IMG/VR virus record: IMGVR_UViG_3300028588_000016
Coordinates: 119,313 to 183,312 of that record
DNA length: 64,000 nucleotides
From: a virus
Direction: 5' to 3' (one strand)
The notes beneath the pieces were generated by a model. The model searched no databases. It had not been told where the DNA came from and was given only the letters and a program-made list of their open reading frames with translations. Numbering within the stretch: position 1 is the first letter of the stretch; each line of letters starts with the position of its first letter. The translations under genes were made by a program, and so were the position numbers. Of this stretch, positions 10,192 to 18,820 are shown one piece after another.

Positions 10192-10476
10192 TTACAATTT
10201 CTGTAGATCTTTGGTGTTAAAAATAGCTTCTTGAAGCTTATTGTCTGTTGAAAACCATAAACACTTCATTCCTTCAAAGCTAGTCTTACCTTCTTTAACG
10301 TGTAAAGTTTGAACCTTTTCTTTGATTAGCATGATTGGTTTATTGGGAATATCGTGTTTAATTGTAACACGATCTCCGGGGATAAAGAAAACTTTATCTT
10401 TGTTAGTTGTGAAGCTCTGGATCATCGAATATTCTTGATTGAAGGTTTTGCTCGTTAATTTGTTTATAACCTCCAT
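10192..10476 (-). CDS. DUF2158/YodC-like small protein
   Basis: F.PGDRV.+K......M...; C.WF.....LQEA.F....L pattern. Confidence 0.6.
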   Translation of the reverse strand: MEVINKLTSKTFNQEYSMIQSFTTNKDKVFFIPGDRVTIKHDIPNKPIMLIKEKVQTLHVKEGKTSFEGMKCLWFSTDNKLQEAIFNTKDLQKL

Positions 10477-10762
10477 CTAGAATAGGCAATACCCTACCTA
10501 ACGTTCTTGGAAAATAAACCTCATCTCCTATTTGTACTGACTGTACTGTGTTACCTATAGCAACAACAGTAGCCATAACGATCTCTAAAGGATCTTGCTC
10601 AGCTTCACCACTCTCTTGCGAATGTGTCATGCTCTGACCACTCAATAGAATGCCGCCTTCGCTTTTGCTCTCTAGATATTTGTTTTCTTGTATTTCGTGA
10701 ACCTTCACGATAATATAGTTCATTAAAGGTGCTAATACCTTTCCTCCGCCTAGTTTGATCAT
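10403..10762 (-). CDS. groES: Co-chaperonin GroES-like
   Basis: PL.NYIIVK, mobile loop SEGGILL, ATVVAIG..V..VQIGDEVYF, YKQINEQNL. Confidence 0.8.
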   Translation of the reverse strand: MIKLGGGKVLAPLMNYIIVKVHEIQENKYLESKSEGGILLSGQSMTHSQESGEAEQDPLEIVMATVVAIGNTVQSVQIGDEVYFPRTLGRVLPILDGGYKQINEQNLQSRIFDDPELHN

Positions 10763-10791
10763 TGTCTTATTATTTATTTAGTTTTTATTGT

Positions 10792-11061
10792 TTAATCGCA
10801 ATTTTCAGCAACTTCTAAATCGATATCTTCTTTATCGTCTTCATTCAAGTCAATCATTAAATCATCTAGTGTAACAGGGCAACCCACGTTTCTAGTGTCT
10901 AATGAATTCTTTATTAAGTTACTTACTTGTGTTAATACTACAGCAATGTTTAATGCTGAAACGTTTGGTTTATTTCGTAAGCCGTCTAAAACGTCTACTA
11001 CTGATTGAACCTCTTGTAAGGTTGTGTGAGTGTTCCCACTAATTGTAATCTTGATTTTCAT
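10792..11061 (-). CDS. Hypothetical protein
   Basis: 89 aa ORF in the minus-strand operon. Confidence 0.6.
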   Translation of the reverse strand: MKIKITISGNTHTTLQEVQSVVDVLDGLRNKPNVSALNIAVVLTQVSNLIKNSLDTRNVGCPVTLDDLMIDLNEDDKEDIDLEVAENCD

Positions 11062-11085
11062 ATTATTTCTTATTAGTTTGTTATG

Positions 11086-11352
11086 TTACCATTTCCCTGA
11101 AGGACAGTGAGCTTCTGGTTTACGAGTCTTAGCGTGTAATCTACAATTACAGCCTTTAAAGTAACCAGGTTTTTCTGTATAAGAAGTGTCACCTGTCTGA
11201 GGATTGAGCCATAGGTCTGGGTTACAAACCCAGCCTAAGAAGCTCTTATGATAAAGGGGACACACTTTGCATATTGCCAGCCTTTCGTTTGAGAGTTGCT
11301 CTTCGCGATTAAAAAGCTCGTTGAAGTGTCCACCGATTATGTCTTTTATCAT
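11086..11352 (-). CDS. Cys-rich putative Zn-binding small protein
   Basis: RLAICKVCP...C...GCNCRL.AKTR....HCPSGKW. Confidence 0.65.
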   Translation of the reverse strand: MIKDIIGGHFNELFNREEQLSNERLAICKVCPLYHKSFLGWVCNPDLWLNPQTGDTSYTEKPGYFKGCNCRLHAKTRKPEAHCPSGKW

Positions 11353-11378
11353 TGTGCAAATTTATGTTTAATTATTGA

Positions 11379-12344
11379 TTATAACAACTTTTTATGATCT
11401 TCTTTAAATTGTTCCTGCACTAATTGACGTTTGTAATGAATTAATAGTCTGCCTACTTCTTCCTTTAAATAAGGTACTTCGTAATCAGTTTCTTTACCTT
11501 CACCGTCAATGTGTAATAATCTTAAAACCTTTATATTAAATTCTGGATTAATTCTTTGTAACATGAAAGCATATATAGATAACTGTAACGCATAGTGATT
11601 AAGCATATGGTTATCTAAGTTGTTAATAGGGAAGAACATTTTCTCTGCTTTCTTCTTCTTAAAATCAAAGAAGGCTTTGTCTTTCATACCTTTAGCATTA
11701 GTCTTGTAGTCAAGAATATAAATATCATTACCGTCTTTTATAAGTAAATCAATTTGTCCTGCTAAATGTAGTATGTTATCTTTATCAGAGAAGTAAACTA
11801 AATACTCCGGTAAGATAGCTTTCTGACGATTTAAGTCAAAGTTGTTTTTCTCACATACGAAATCCTCATCTCCTTCTACAGGTAGAATCTCAGATAAGTT
11901 AGGACGTTGTTTGGTGTACCATTTATTCTCTTTTTGTAAGTGATGACTAGTGCCACGCTCACAAGCATCGTCTGCTGCTTTCTTATAAGAAGCTTTAATA
12001 TTCTGTACTTCAGTTTCAAATGCAGGAATTTCTATTCCGTTATCTGTAACATAACGATAATCAAATCTCTTCTTATCTAATAGTATTCTTTTTAAATCAG
12101 AAGCAGGACCTCGCTTAACTGTACCATCTTTAGCTGTTGACTTAATCGGTCCACTAAAGATATCTTCTCCGATTAACTTTTCTAAAGCTTTATATCTAGC
12201 CCAAAACTCTTCATCAAAGTGAGGATAGTATTTACCAATTAAGGTTGTTACTGATGTGTAGCTTCTGTCATTGTAACGAGTATTCCAATATTTATGGAAC
12301 TCTTCGTTAAAGGCCATTTCGCCATTTACTTTGTCTATATGCAT
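11379..12344 (-). CDS. PD-(D/E)XK (Cas4/RecB-like) exonuclease
   Basis: SVTTLI, GTSHH, LAGQIDLL...ILDYKT and YALQLSIY motifs. Confidence 0.8.
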   Translation of the reverse strand: MHIDKVNGEMAFNEEFHKYWNTRYNDRSYTSVTTLIGKYYPHFDEEFWARYKALEKLIGEDIFSGPIKSTAKDGTVKRGPASDLKRILLDKKRFDYRYVTDNGIEIPAFETEVQNIKASYKKAADDACERGTSHHLQKENKWYTKQRPNLSEILPVEGDEDFVCEKNNFDLNRQKAILPEYLVYFSDKDNILHLAGQIDLLIKDGNDIYILDYKTNAKGMKDKAFFDFKKKKAEKMFFPINNLDNHMLNHYALQLSIYAFMLQRINPEFNIKVLRLLHIDGEGKETDYEVPYLKEEVGRLLIHYKRQLVQEQFKEDHKKLL

Positions 12345-12371
12345 TGTGGTATTATTTCAAGTGTTAAAATA

Positions 12372-12379
12372 CAAATATA
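12372..12379 (-). promoter_or_regulatory. Bacteroidota sigma-A -7 box (TATATTTG)
   Basis: TTTCGTATATTTGTA context, right after the GroEL terminator. Confidence 0.65.
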
Positions 12380-12381
12380 CG

Positions 12382-12431
12382 AAAAAAGGAGAACAAATCC
12401 CAACTATACAGTCAGCACTTGTTCTCCTTTT
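12382..12431 (-). terminator. Terminator after groEL
   Basis: 13-bp stem AAAAGGAGAACAA/TTGTTCTCCTTTT with a T-run on the minus strand. Confidence 0.7.
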
Positions 12432-12437
12432 GTAATA

Positions 12438-14000
12438 TTATGAATCAGCTAAAACACATTCTGTAGTAAGAAGCATAGACGCTACGGATGCAGCGTTTTC
12501 TAATGCAACTCTAGTTACTTTAGCCGGATCAATGATACCGTCTTTAACTAGGTCTGTGATTTCTTCATCAAGTACATTATATCCATAATTGACACTTGTG
12601 TATTGTTCTAGATTATGTAGTTCTGTTTTGGCATCAATACCTGCGTTATTTAGTATAGCAGTCATAGGTACTCTTAAAGATTCTTTAACAATTCTGTAAC
12701 CGATACTAAAATCGTTATCTTGATGATCTGAACTTAGTTCATCGTAAGCGTGATAAAGCGTAGCACCACCACCTGCAACAATACCTTCTTCGATTGCAGC
12801 CTTAGTAGCAGCTAGAGCGTCATCTATTCTGTCAGTCTTTTCGCGTAATTCAATTTCTGAACCTGCACCGATATAGATAATTCCTATTCCACCATCTAAC
12901 TTAGCAATACGATCTCTAAGTTTTTCTTTATCCCAATCTTCTTTAGTTGTAGATAATTGTTGTTGTAAGATATTTACTCTTTCAGTAATAGCTTCTTTAT
13001 CGGTAGCGTGCTTAATGAATGTAGTTTTCTCTTTACCAACGATTACTTTATTAGCGAAACCTAAATCGGCCATTGTGGCTTTGTCTAACTTCATGCCATC
13101 TGCTTCACTAATTAAAGTAGCGCCAGTTATAATAGCTAAATCTTCTAAGTATGCACGTCTTGTTTCGTTAAAACCAGGTGCTTTAATAGCGGCAAATTTA
13201 ATTATACCTTGATTAGCGTTTAATATTAAGCTACTTAAAGCTTCTCCTTCTAAGTCTTCGCACACAAGTAACATTGGCTTATCTAGCTTAGCTACTTGTT
13301 CTAAGATTGGAAGAATTTGTTTTATGTTAGTTACTTTTCTATCAAATAATAAAATAGCAACATCTTCTAATTCTGCTTGCATCTTACCCATATCAGTTAC
13401 GAAATGAGCAGATATGTAACCTCTGTCAATCTCAACGCCATTAACAATTTCTACATAAGTAGAAGTGTTTTGACTTTGAGCAGTTTTAACTACACCGTTT
13501 TTACCTACAGCTTCAATAGCTGTTGAGATAAGTTCACCGATATATTCATCGTTATTGGCAGATACTGTAGCTACTTGTTGAATTACTTCTTTAGTGTGTA
13601 CACTTTGACGCACATTCTTTATAAAGCTAGTAACTTGTTTAACAGCAGCATCCATACCTTTTTTAATTCCCATAGGATTAACACCGTTCTTAACGTGAGG
13701 TAATCCTAATTCGATCATACTTTGTGCTAATACTGTAGCAGTAGTAGTTCCATCTCCCGCTTGATCTGCTTGTCTTGAAGCAACATCTTTTACCATTTCC
13801 ACACCCATATTTTGTAATGAGTCATTTAGTGTTACAGCTTTAGCAACTGTTACACCATCTTTAGTCATTACAGGTGATCCATTTCTGTCGATAACTACCG
13901 TTCGTCCTTTTGGACCTAGAGTTACCTTTACTGCATTCGCTAAAATATCAACGCCTTCTTTCAGACCTTGTCTAGCTTCATTCCCATATATTGCTTTCAC
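12438..14000 (-). CDS. groEL: Chaperonin GroEL
   Basis: 520 aa, GTG start. AVKVTLGPKGR, TKDGVTVAK, GDGTTTATV, KAPGF and GIVAGGG motifs; no GGM tail. Confidence 0.96.
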   Translation of the reverse strand: MKAIYGNEARQGLKEGVDILANAVKVTLGPKGRTVVIDRNGSPVMTKDGVTVAKAVTLNDSLQNMGVEMVKDVASRQADQAGDGTTTATVLAQSMIELGLPHVKNGVNPMGIKKGMDAAVKQVTSFIKNVRQSVHTKEVIQQVATVSANNDEYIGELISTAIEAVGKNGVVKTAQSQNTSTYVEIVNGVEIDRGYISAHFVTDMGKMQAELEDVAILLFDRKVTNIKQILPILEQVAKLDKPMLLVCEDLEGEALSSLILNANQGIIKFAAIKAPGFNETRRAYLEDLAIITGATLISEADGMKLDKATMADLGFANKVIVGKEKTTFIKHATDKEAITERVNILQQQLSTTKEDWDKEKLRDRIAKLDGGIGIIYIGAGSEIELREKTDRIDDALAATKAAIEEGIVAGGGATLYHAYDELSSDHQDNDFSIGYRIVKESLRVPMTAILNNAGIDAKTELHNLEQYTSVNYGYNVLDEEITDLVKDGIIDPAKVTRVALENAASVASMLLTTECVLADS

Positions 14001-14003
14001 GAA

Positions 14004-14246
14004 TTAAATTAGTCTTAAAAGTTCAATAGCTTTATCTTCTAAGTGATCGGTTAATCTACTATGTTTAGGTATTGCATGTAGTAAAGCCACTACAGCGTTA
14101 ACCTTGTCATTAAAAGTAATAGTTGTGCTGTCATAGTAACCGTAATTAAAACTTGTAGTACCTAAGTTTAGACTAGCGTTCTGCGTGTGTACGTAATTAA
14201 CTGATTCTTGATAACCGTTGTTTAAATCATTTTCTGTCATTGTCAT
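14004..14246 (-). CDS. Hypothetical protein
   Basis: 80 aa ORF between tRNA-Thr and groEL. Confidence 0.55.
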   Translation of the reverse strand: MTMTENDLNNGYQESVNYVHTQNASLNLGTTSFNYGYYDSTTITFNDKVNAVVALLHAIPKHSRLTDHLEDKAIELLRLI

Positions 14247-14258
14247 ATTTTTAATTTG

Positions 14259-14332
14259 AGCATCCGAACGGCCTCGAACCGATAACCTCCGCGTTACAAA
14301 GGCGGTGCTCTACCTACTTGAGCTACAGATGC
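14259..14332 (-). tRNA. tRNA-Thr(TGT)
   Basis: Cloverleaf; anticodon loop TT-TGT-AA; T-loop TTCGAGG. Confidence 0.88.
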
Positions 14333-14407
14333 AGGAGCAGACGAATTTATATACCGGCAGTTAATTGTCCACAGCTCCGGTGTGTACTTTAAATTGTTAG
14401 AAGGGTG

Positions 14408-14480
14408 TAGCCCGCCAGGGAATCGAACCCTGATCTGCTGAGGGAAAGTCAACCGTCCTAAACCGTTAGACGAACGGGCC
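14408..14480 (-). tRNA. tRNA-Glu(TTC)
   Basis: Cloverleaf; GTTGA-CTTTCCC-TCAGC (C at position 37). Confidence 0.88.
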
Positions 14481-14605
14481 ATTTTACTTTTTATAATAAC
14501 CTGAGAAGTATAACTCCGCCAACCTACGATTTGGAGGGAGAAGTGTGCATAGAAGAGGCACTCCCTATCTTCGATCCTTACTCGTGCACAAGCAGAGGGC
14601 TAATG

Positions 14606-14679
14606 TTGCGGGAGGTCGGATTCGAACCGACGATTTCAGGCTTATGAGACCTACGAGATAACCACTTCTCTACTCCGCA
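14606..14679 (-). tRNA. tRNA-Met(CAT), initiator-like
   Basis: TGCGGAG...TAGGT-CTCATAA-GCCTG...GTCGG-TTCGAAT-CCGAC-CTCCCGCA-A; one extra nt in the 3' acceptor strand. Confidence 0.82.
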
Positions 14680-14689
14680 ATCTATTTGT

Positions 14690-14947
14690 TTATTTTGTTT
14701 GTAGTTCTTCTTGTTTCAGATCATGAACTATTTTATCAATTAAAGCACGTTCAGCAGCTTCTGCTTCATAAGCTTTAGCCATAGCACCCATAGTTTCAGC
14801 TTCAATTTCATAAACTTCACCTGTTTCGTAATCTAATAAAGCTGTAGTCAATAGATCGGCTTTAAACCTAGGATTCTCACAGATTGAATCTGGACAAACC
14901 TCATCCTCTGATACGTAATCAAAGTCTTCAATACTTGTTATTTCCAT
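14690..14947 (-). CDS. Hypothetical protein within tRNA cluster
   Basis: 85 aa ORF filling the gap between tRNAs. Confidence 0.6.
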   Translation of the reverse strand: MEITSIEDFDYVSEDEVCPDSICENPRFKADLLTTALLDYETGEVYEIEAETMGAMAKAYEAEAAERALIDKIVHDLKQEELQTK

Positions 14948-14948
14948 G

Positions 14949-15024
14949 TAGCCTTGGAGAGACTCGAACTCTCAAAATCTCTTGATCCTAAGTCAAGCGG
15001 CTTTACCAATTTACCCACAAAGCT
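14949..15024 (-). tRNA. tRNA-Leu(TAG)
   Basis: CTTGA-CTTAGGA-TCAAG; unusually short (7 nt) variable region for Leu. Confidence 0.85.
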
Positions 15025-15027
15025 ATG

Positions 15028-15099
15028 TTATCCTATATAGATTCGAACTACAATCTTCTGAACCAAAATCAGACGTGCTAACCGTTGCACCATAGGATA
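15028..15099 (-). tRNA. tRNA-Gln(TTG)
   Basis: TCTGA-TTTTGGT-TCAGA; acceptor TATCCTA/TAGGATA. Confidence 0.88.
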
Positions 15100-15157
15100 G
15101 TATGCAGGAGCGTCACTTCCTGCGATTTAACGACGCCCTGTAACAATTGGGAGAAGG

Positions 15158-15460
15158 TTACGCTTTTCGGATTCTTAATCCATTAATATAGTCAGTAATT
15201 GAATCTCTATAATTAGGAGACAATTTAGATAGTTCTTCTATAACAGCTTCATAGACATCTTTAACAGGACGAATCACGTAGTGACTGTCAGATTCTCCTA
15301 CACCTTCATTATGAATAGTACAAAGGTTACTATCGTATCCTAAGTTTTCTATAAATGTACGTGCTAGTTTATCTCTAACGTCGTCTGTTCCGTATGCTAC
15401 TGTAGCACGTATTACTGGTTTCATTAAACCATCAAAATCATAAGTTACTTTACTTTTCAT
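15158..15460 (-). CDS. Hypothetical protein within tRNA cluster
   Basis: 100 aa ORF. Confidence 0.6.
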   Translation of the reverse strand: MKSKVTYDFDGLMKPVIRATVAYGTDDVRDKLARTFIENLGYDSNLCTIHNEGVGESDSHYVIRPVKDVYEAVIEELSKLSPNYRDSITDYINGLRIRKA

Positions 15461-15496
15461 TGTGTTATTTATAACCTGCCTAAATTGGTCAAGGTG

Positions 15497-15569
15497 TTCA
15501 CAACAGAAGAGTCGAACTTCTGACGCCTAGCTCTTCAGGCTAGCGCTCTACCACCTGAGCTAGTTGTGA
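15497..15569 (-). tRNA. tRNA-Phe(GAA)
   Basis: CTAGC-CTGAAGA-GCTAG. Confidence 0.9.
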
Positions 15570-15575
15570 ATATAG

Positions 15576-15649
15576 TTGGCAATACAGGATTCGAACCTGT
15601 CACCTATTGATTAGAAGTCAATCGCTCTATCCGAATGAGCTAATCGCCA
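15576..15649 (-). tRNA. tRNA-Arg(TCT)
   Basis: ATTGA-CTTCTAA-TCAAT. Confidence 0.9.
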
Positions 15650-15652
15650 ATG

Positions 15653-15727
15653 TAGACAATGCAGGATTTGAACCTGCGACATCGAAAGTATCAGTTTCGC
15701 GCTCTAACCAGGCTGAGCTAATTGTCT
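15653..15727 (-). tRNA. tRNA-Ile(GAT)
   Basis: CGAAA-CTGATAC-TTTCG. Confidence 0.9.
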
Positions 15728-16029
15728 ATTCTGTATGCTTTACGTCTTTCAGCCGAAGTAAGATCGTCGTTAAGCAATAAATTCTTACATCTTTTAATCT
15801 CTTCCTTAGTAGGCTTCCTGAAGCAGTCTATGTTTCTATAGAAGTCTACAAATGGAATATGACGTCCCAAAGTATAGAAATCATCCATAACGTTATTTAA
15901 GAAGTAATAGTAATAAAGTATTTGTCCAACTCTAACATGCAAAGGATTATCTTTAATACATACCCAAATAGGAACTCCATACTCAGTTTCATGTGCCTCT
16001 TGTAACCAAGAATCTAATATTTGTTTCAT
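15718..16029 (-). CDS. Hypothetical protein within tRNA cluster
   Basis: Likely start ATG 16029 (MKQILDSW); the longer track ORF overlaps tRNA-Val. Confidence 0.55.
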   Translation of the reverse strand: MKQILDSWLQEAHETEYGVPIWVCIKDNPLHVRVGQILYYYYFLNNVMDDFYTLGRHIPFVDFYRNIDCFRKPTKEEIKRCKNLLLNDDLTSAERRKAYRIDN

Positions 16030-16030
16030 G

Positions 16031-16104
16031 TAGAGAATATAGGGTTCGAACCTATGATCCTTCGGATGTAAACCGAATGCTTTCAACCGCTAAGCTAATT
16101 CTCT
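16031..16104 (-). tRNA. tRNA-Val(TAC)
   Basis: TTCGG-TTTACAT-CCGAA. Confidence 0.9.
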
Positions 16105-16112
16105 ATTTATTG

Positions 16113-16185
16113 CAGTCCCGATGGGAGTCGAACCCACTAAACCCCGATAGACAGTCGGGTACAACAGCCGTTATGCGCCGAGACC
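16113..16185 (-). tRNA. tRNA-Asp(GTC)
   Basis: CCCGA-CTGTCTA-TCGGG (T at position 37); G73. Confidence 0.85.
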
Positions 16186-16193
16186 AAGTTATG

Positions 16194-16278
16194 TGAGATA
16201 GGTAGGATTCGAACCTACTGCGTATCTTAGTGACGGATTTACAGTCCGTTGCTACTCCACCGTCGTAGCCGCTATCCC
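16194..16278 (-). tRNA. tRNA-Tyr(GTA)
   Basis: ACGGA-CTGTAAA-TCCGT, long variable arm. Confidence 0.9.
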
Positions 16279-16533
16279 AATTATCTTTTTGTTTAAATCA
16301 TCTTGGTTAAATGTAACCATCCAGCAACTGCATGACCTGCTTGAAACTAATTAACATATAATTCATGTAAGCTACGTATCGCTTATAAGAATTAGCATTC
16401 GCGGTTCATCGAACTCTTATGTTAGTTTTGTTTAAGAGTTAGTATTCTAATAAGCCTTTGCACAAGGTACGTCTTATTAAATTACCAACAGTTTTTATGG
16501 TTGTGATCTATTTACAGTTTGTGCTAACTGTTG

Positions 16534-16623
16534 AAGTAGATGTGAGATTCGAACTCACGATGCTCTTGCGAGACATGACGGTTTTCAAGACCGTTGCAAT
16601 AAGCCGGACTCTTCCAATCTACT
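16534..16623 (-). tRNA. tRNA-Ser(TGA)
   Basis: ACGGT-CTTGAAA-ACCGT, long variable arm. Confidence 0.88.
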
Positions 16624-16624
16624 A

Positions 16625-16700
16625 TGGTGGACACGCACAGATTTGAACTGTATCTTCCGAGGTGCAAGCTCGGCGCATTTGCCATTTATGCTAACGGCCC
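16625..16700 (-). tRNA. tRNA-Ala(TGC)
   Basis: CCGAG-CTTGCAC-CTCGG; G3:U70; encoded CCA; imperfect inner acceptor stem. Confidence 0.85.
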
Positions 16701-16706
16701 ATTTAG

Positions 16707-16794
16707 AAGTGAATACAGGATTCGAACCTGTGGAGGTGATTAACCCCGCTCGGATAGCAACCGAGTACGATAAGCCAGGCTCTGTCAATTCACT
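16707..16794 (-). tRNA. tRNA-Ser(GCT)
   Basis: CTCGG-TTGCTAT-CCGAG, long variable arm. Confidence 0.88.
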
Positions 16795-16798
16795 ATTG

Positions 16799-16870
16799 AG
16801 GGAAAGCTAGGGATCGAACCTAGGACCCAGACTTTAACAAAGTCTCGCTCTACCGCTGAGCTACTTACCC
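16799..16870 (-). tRNA. tRNA-Asn(GTT)
   Basis: AGACT-TTGTTAA-AGTCT. Confidence 0.9.
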
Positions 16871-16873
16871 TTA

Positions 16874-17945
16874 TTATCTTTGCCAAGCACTAAACTTTCT
16901 AAGTCTATCAGCTTCGCTTTTAAATTCTTCTGTAGTTCCATTAAAGAACGGATTACGAGATTTAACGTAAAACCAGTTGTCGTATGTTTCCCATTCTTTC
17001 ATGTTAACCACATACTCTTGACCAAGTACGTTAAATTTTATTATTTCTTGTTCCATCTTCATTACGATGTTTAAGTTCTTCTAACAACTCTTTAGGAGCG
17101 TTATGTTCAGTACAGTAACCACGTTTATTACTAGAACGCATTTTACTTTCTAATTGACACTTAGTGTCAGCAATATAAATGTAAACATTATTAACGATGT
17201 ATTTACATTTAGCCCAATTGGGTTTTGTTAAGTCGATCATTTCAATAGTACAAATGTACGAATAATAATCTAATTGTTAGTCACTGAACTGTCATTACCA
17301 GAAGTTCCGTAAATAATATTTGTAAATGTAGTATCATTAAGAAACATCTTATGTAGTTCTTCTAACTCGTTTAGGATTTTTAAAGCATTAGCTTCTCCAC
17401 CACAAGCAGCAGTTACTTCATCTATCTGTACCAGACTTCTAGGTCTTTTGCCGTTATTTCTGTCCATGGATTCCATATGCGTTCGTCTAAAGGTTCTCGT
17501 TTCCATGCTTTATACAATGGATTATTTATGTAGTCTAAAGTCTCTTTCGTAAGAGGATCAGCTGACATAGCTTTAACAAGTGAATCCCATTCAGTCTGGA
17601 GTTCACCTGTAGCTTGTACGCTTATTAATTGTACCATTCTGTAGCGGTTAACATATCCAATGTAGCATTACCGGTAGAATATCCCATTATTTGATCACTG
17701 ATCTCTTTATCAATTCTTTTAATCTCGTCAGCATAATGCTGTGCTAATTCTTCTTTATGTTGCTCTTGACTTAAAGTAGGCTTTTGTGCTTCGAACTTCT
17801 CTTGTAATTCAATTACGAAGTTAACAGGAATAACTACTTCTCCACTTTCCATGTGTTGAACGAAGTCTTCGTATGTAGAGTAAAACTGACCGTAGTTCAA
17901 CTGTAACTGTGCGTGTAAGTAATTCTTAAAGGTTTTGTATTTCAT
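16874..17945 (-). other. Run of five small hypothetical ORFs (16874-17062, 17031-17240, 17270-17506, 17422-17637, 17625-17945)
   Basis: Contiguous or overlapping ORFs between tRNA-Asn and tRNA-His; a TACATTTG -7 box lies at 17251-17258. Confidence 0.55.
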
Positions 17946-17948
17946 ATG

Positions 17949-18021
17949 GGTGTAATAAGGGGATCGAACCCTTGTGCGACGAACCACAACCGTCTGCTTT
18001 ACCTACTAAGCTAAGAACACC
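17949..18021 (-). tRNA. tRNA-His(GTG)
   Basis: GACGG-TTGTGGT-TCGTC; G-1:C73. Confidence 0.87.
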
Positions 18022-18032
18022 ATTTATAATTG

Positions 18033-18105
18033 TCAGGAAGGCAAGGCTCGAACTTGCGGCCAAATCGTCCCAAACGATTCAATCTACCAACTGATATACT
18101 TCCTG
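18033..18105 (-). tRNA. tRNA-Pro(TGG)
   Basis: AATCG-TTTGGGA-CGATT; acceptor CAGGAAG/CTTCCTG. Confidence 0.9.
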
Positions 18106-18121
18106 ATTGTTTATTGTAAGA

Positions 18122-18129
18122 CAAAGATA
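18122..18129 (-). promoter_or_regulatory. sigma-A -7 box (TATCTTTG) heading the tRNA operon
   Basis: TAnnTTTG 16 nt upstream of the tRNA-Pro 5' end. Confidence 0.65.
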
Positions 18130-18182
18130 GTCAAATAATCTTAGATTGCAAACTTACTAAGATTATTTGACACTTATGATAT

Positions 18183-18767
18183 TTATATGATATAAATGTG
18201 AACCAGTGGTGATAGAGTTTTCACCAAGTGGCTAAGCTCTCCTTGAGTGGGAGAATGTGTGAGGTTTAAATGTATTTCTCCTATTACAGTTTTATATTGT
18301 AACTTGTATACGAGTAAATGGTCTATGCCTAATTCGGTCATAAATTGAGTATCTGTTCCTTCAATCGTGTTATCAATTAGTAAATAATTCTTCGTGAGAA
18401 AAGCTTCATTAATAGTTGCTTGATCTTCTAAGTAAGATCCTTGTAAGGAAGTGGTTGATTTTACAATATCGTCATTAGTTAAAATAACTTTCTTGTAATA
18501 AGATCTTTCTTTTGGTTGATAGATGTATACACTAAAACTTTTAATTAAGGTATCCGTTTTCTGTATTTGCTGTAAAGCAACTTCCAATCCCTTCAAGTCT
18601 CTGCATTCTCTAAATTCTACTCTTGAAAAACTCACGTCTTTCACGGCTACACTGATAGTATCTTTATACATATTACCTACTATAAGTAAGAATATGAGAG
18701 TTACTATGAAATAAAACCTTGCTCCTGCAAGATCTTTGAGAGCCTTAACTAATTCAGGCCAATTCAT
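18183..18767 (-). CDS. T4 gpt-like holin candidate (one N-terminal TM plus periplasmic domain)
   Basis: 194 aa. TM RFYFIVTLIFLLIVG; FSVYIYQPKERSYY recalls T4 T SAVYSFRPKNLNYF. Confidence 0.5.
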   Translation of the reverse strand: MNWPELVKALKDLAGARFYFIVTLIFLLIVGNMYKDTISVAVKDVSFSRVEFRECRDLKGLEVALQQIQKTDTLIKSFSVYIYQPKERSYYKKVILTNDDIVKSTTSLQGSYLEDQATINEAFLTKNYLLIDNTIEGTDTQFMTELGIDHLLVYKLQYKTVIGEIHLNLTHSPTQGELSHLVKTLSPLVHIYII

Positions 18768-18820
18768 TTAACTGTTCAATTTTAATAGATGTTATATAAT
18801 TTAAAAGCTATTAATCCATA

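Noticed and set aside
11357-11364. TAAATTTG promoter box 4 nt upstream of ORF 11086-11352
   Set aside because: It is too close to the ATG and no terminator precedes it. It may be chance, or a leaderless start that I cannot verify.
393-13212. Plus-strand ORFs inside the left-arm genes (e.g. 393-593, 649-906, 1099-1326, 3311-3769, 7690-7908, 13015-13212)
   Set aside because: They are antisense shadows of long minus-strand genes.
14294-17987. Track ORFs overlapping tRNAs (14294-14482, 15993-16196, 16458-16646, 16585-16788, and the 5' parts of 15718-16086 and 17625-17987), also 31220-31414 and 40660-40791
   Set aside because: They are spurious translations of tRNA genes.
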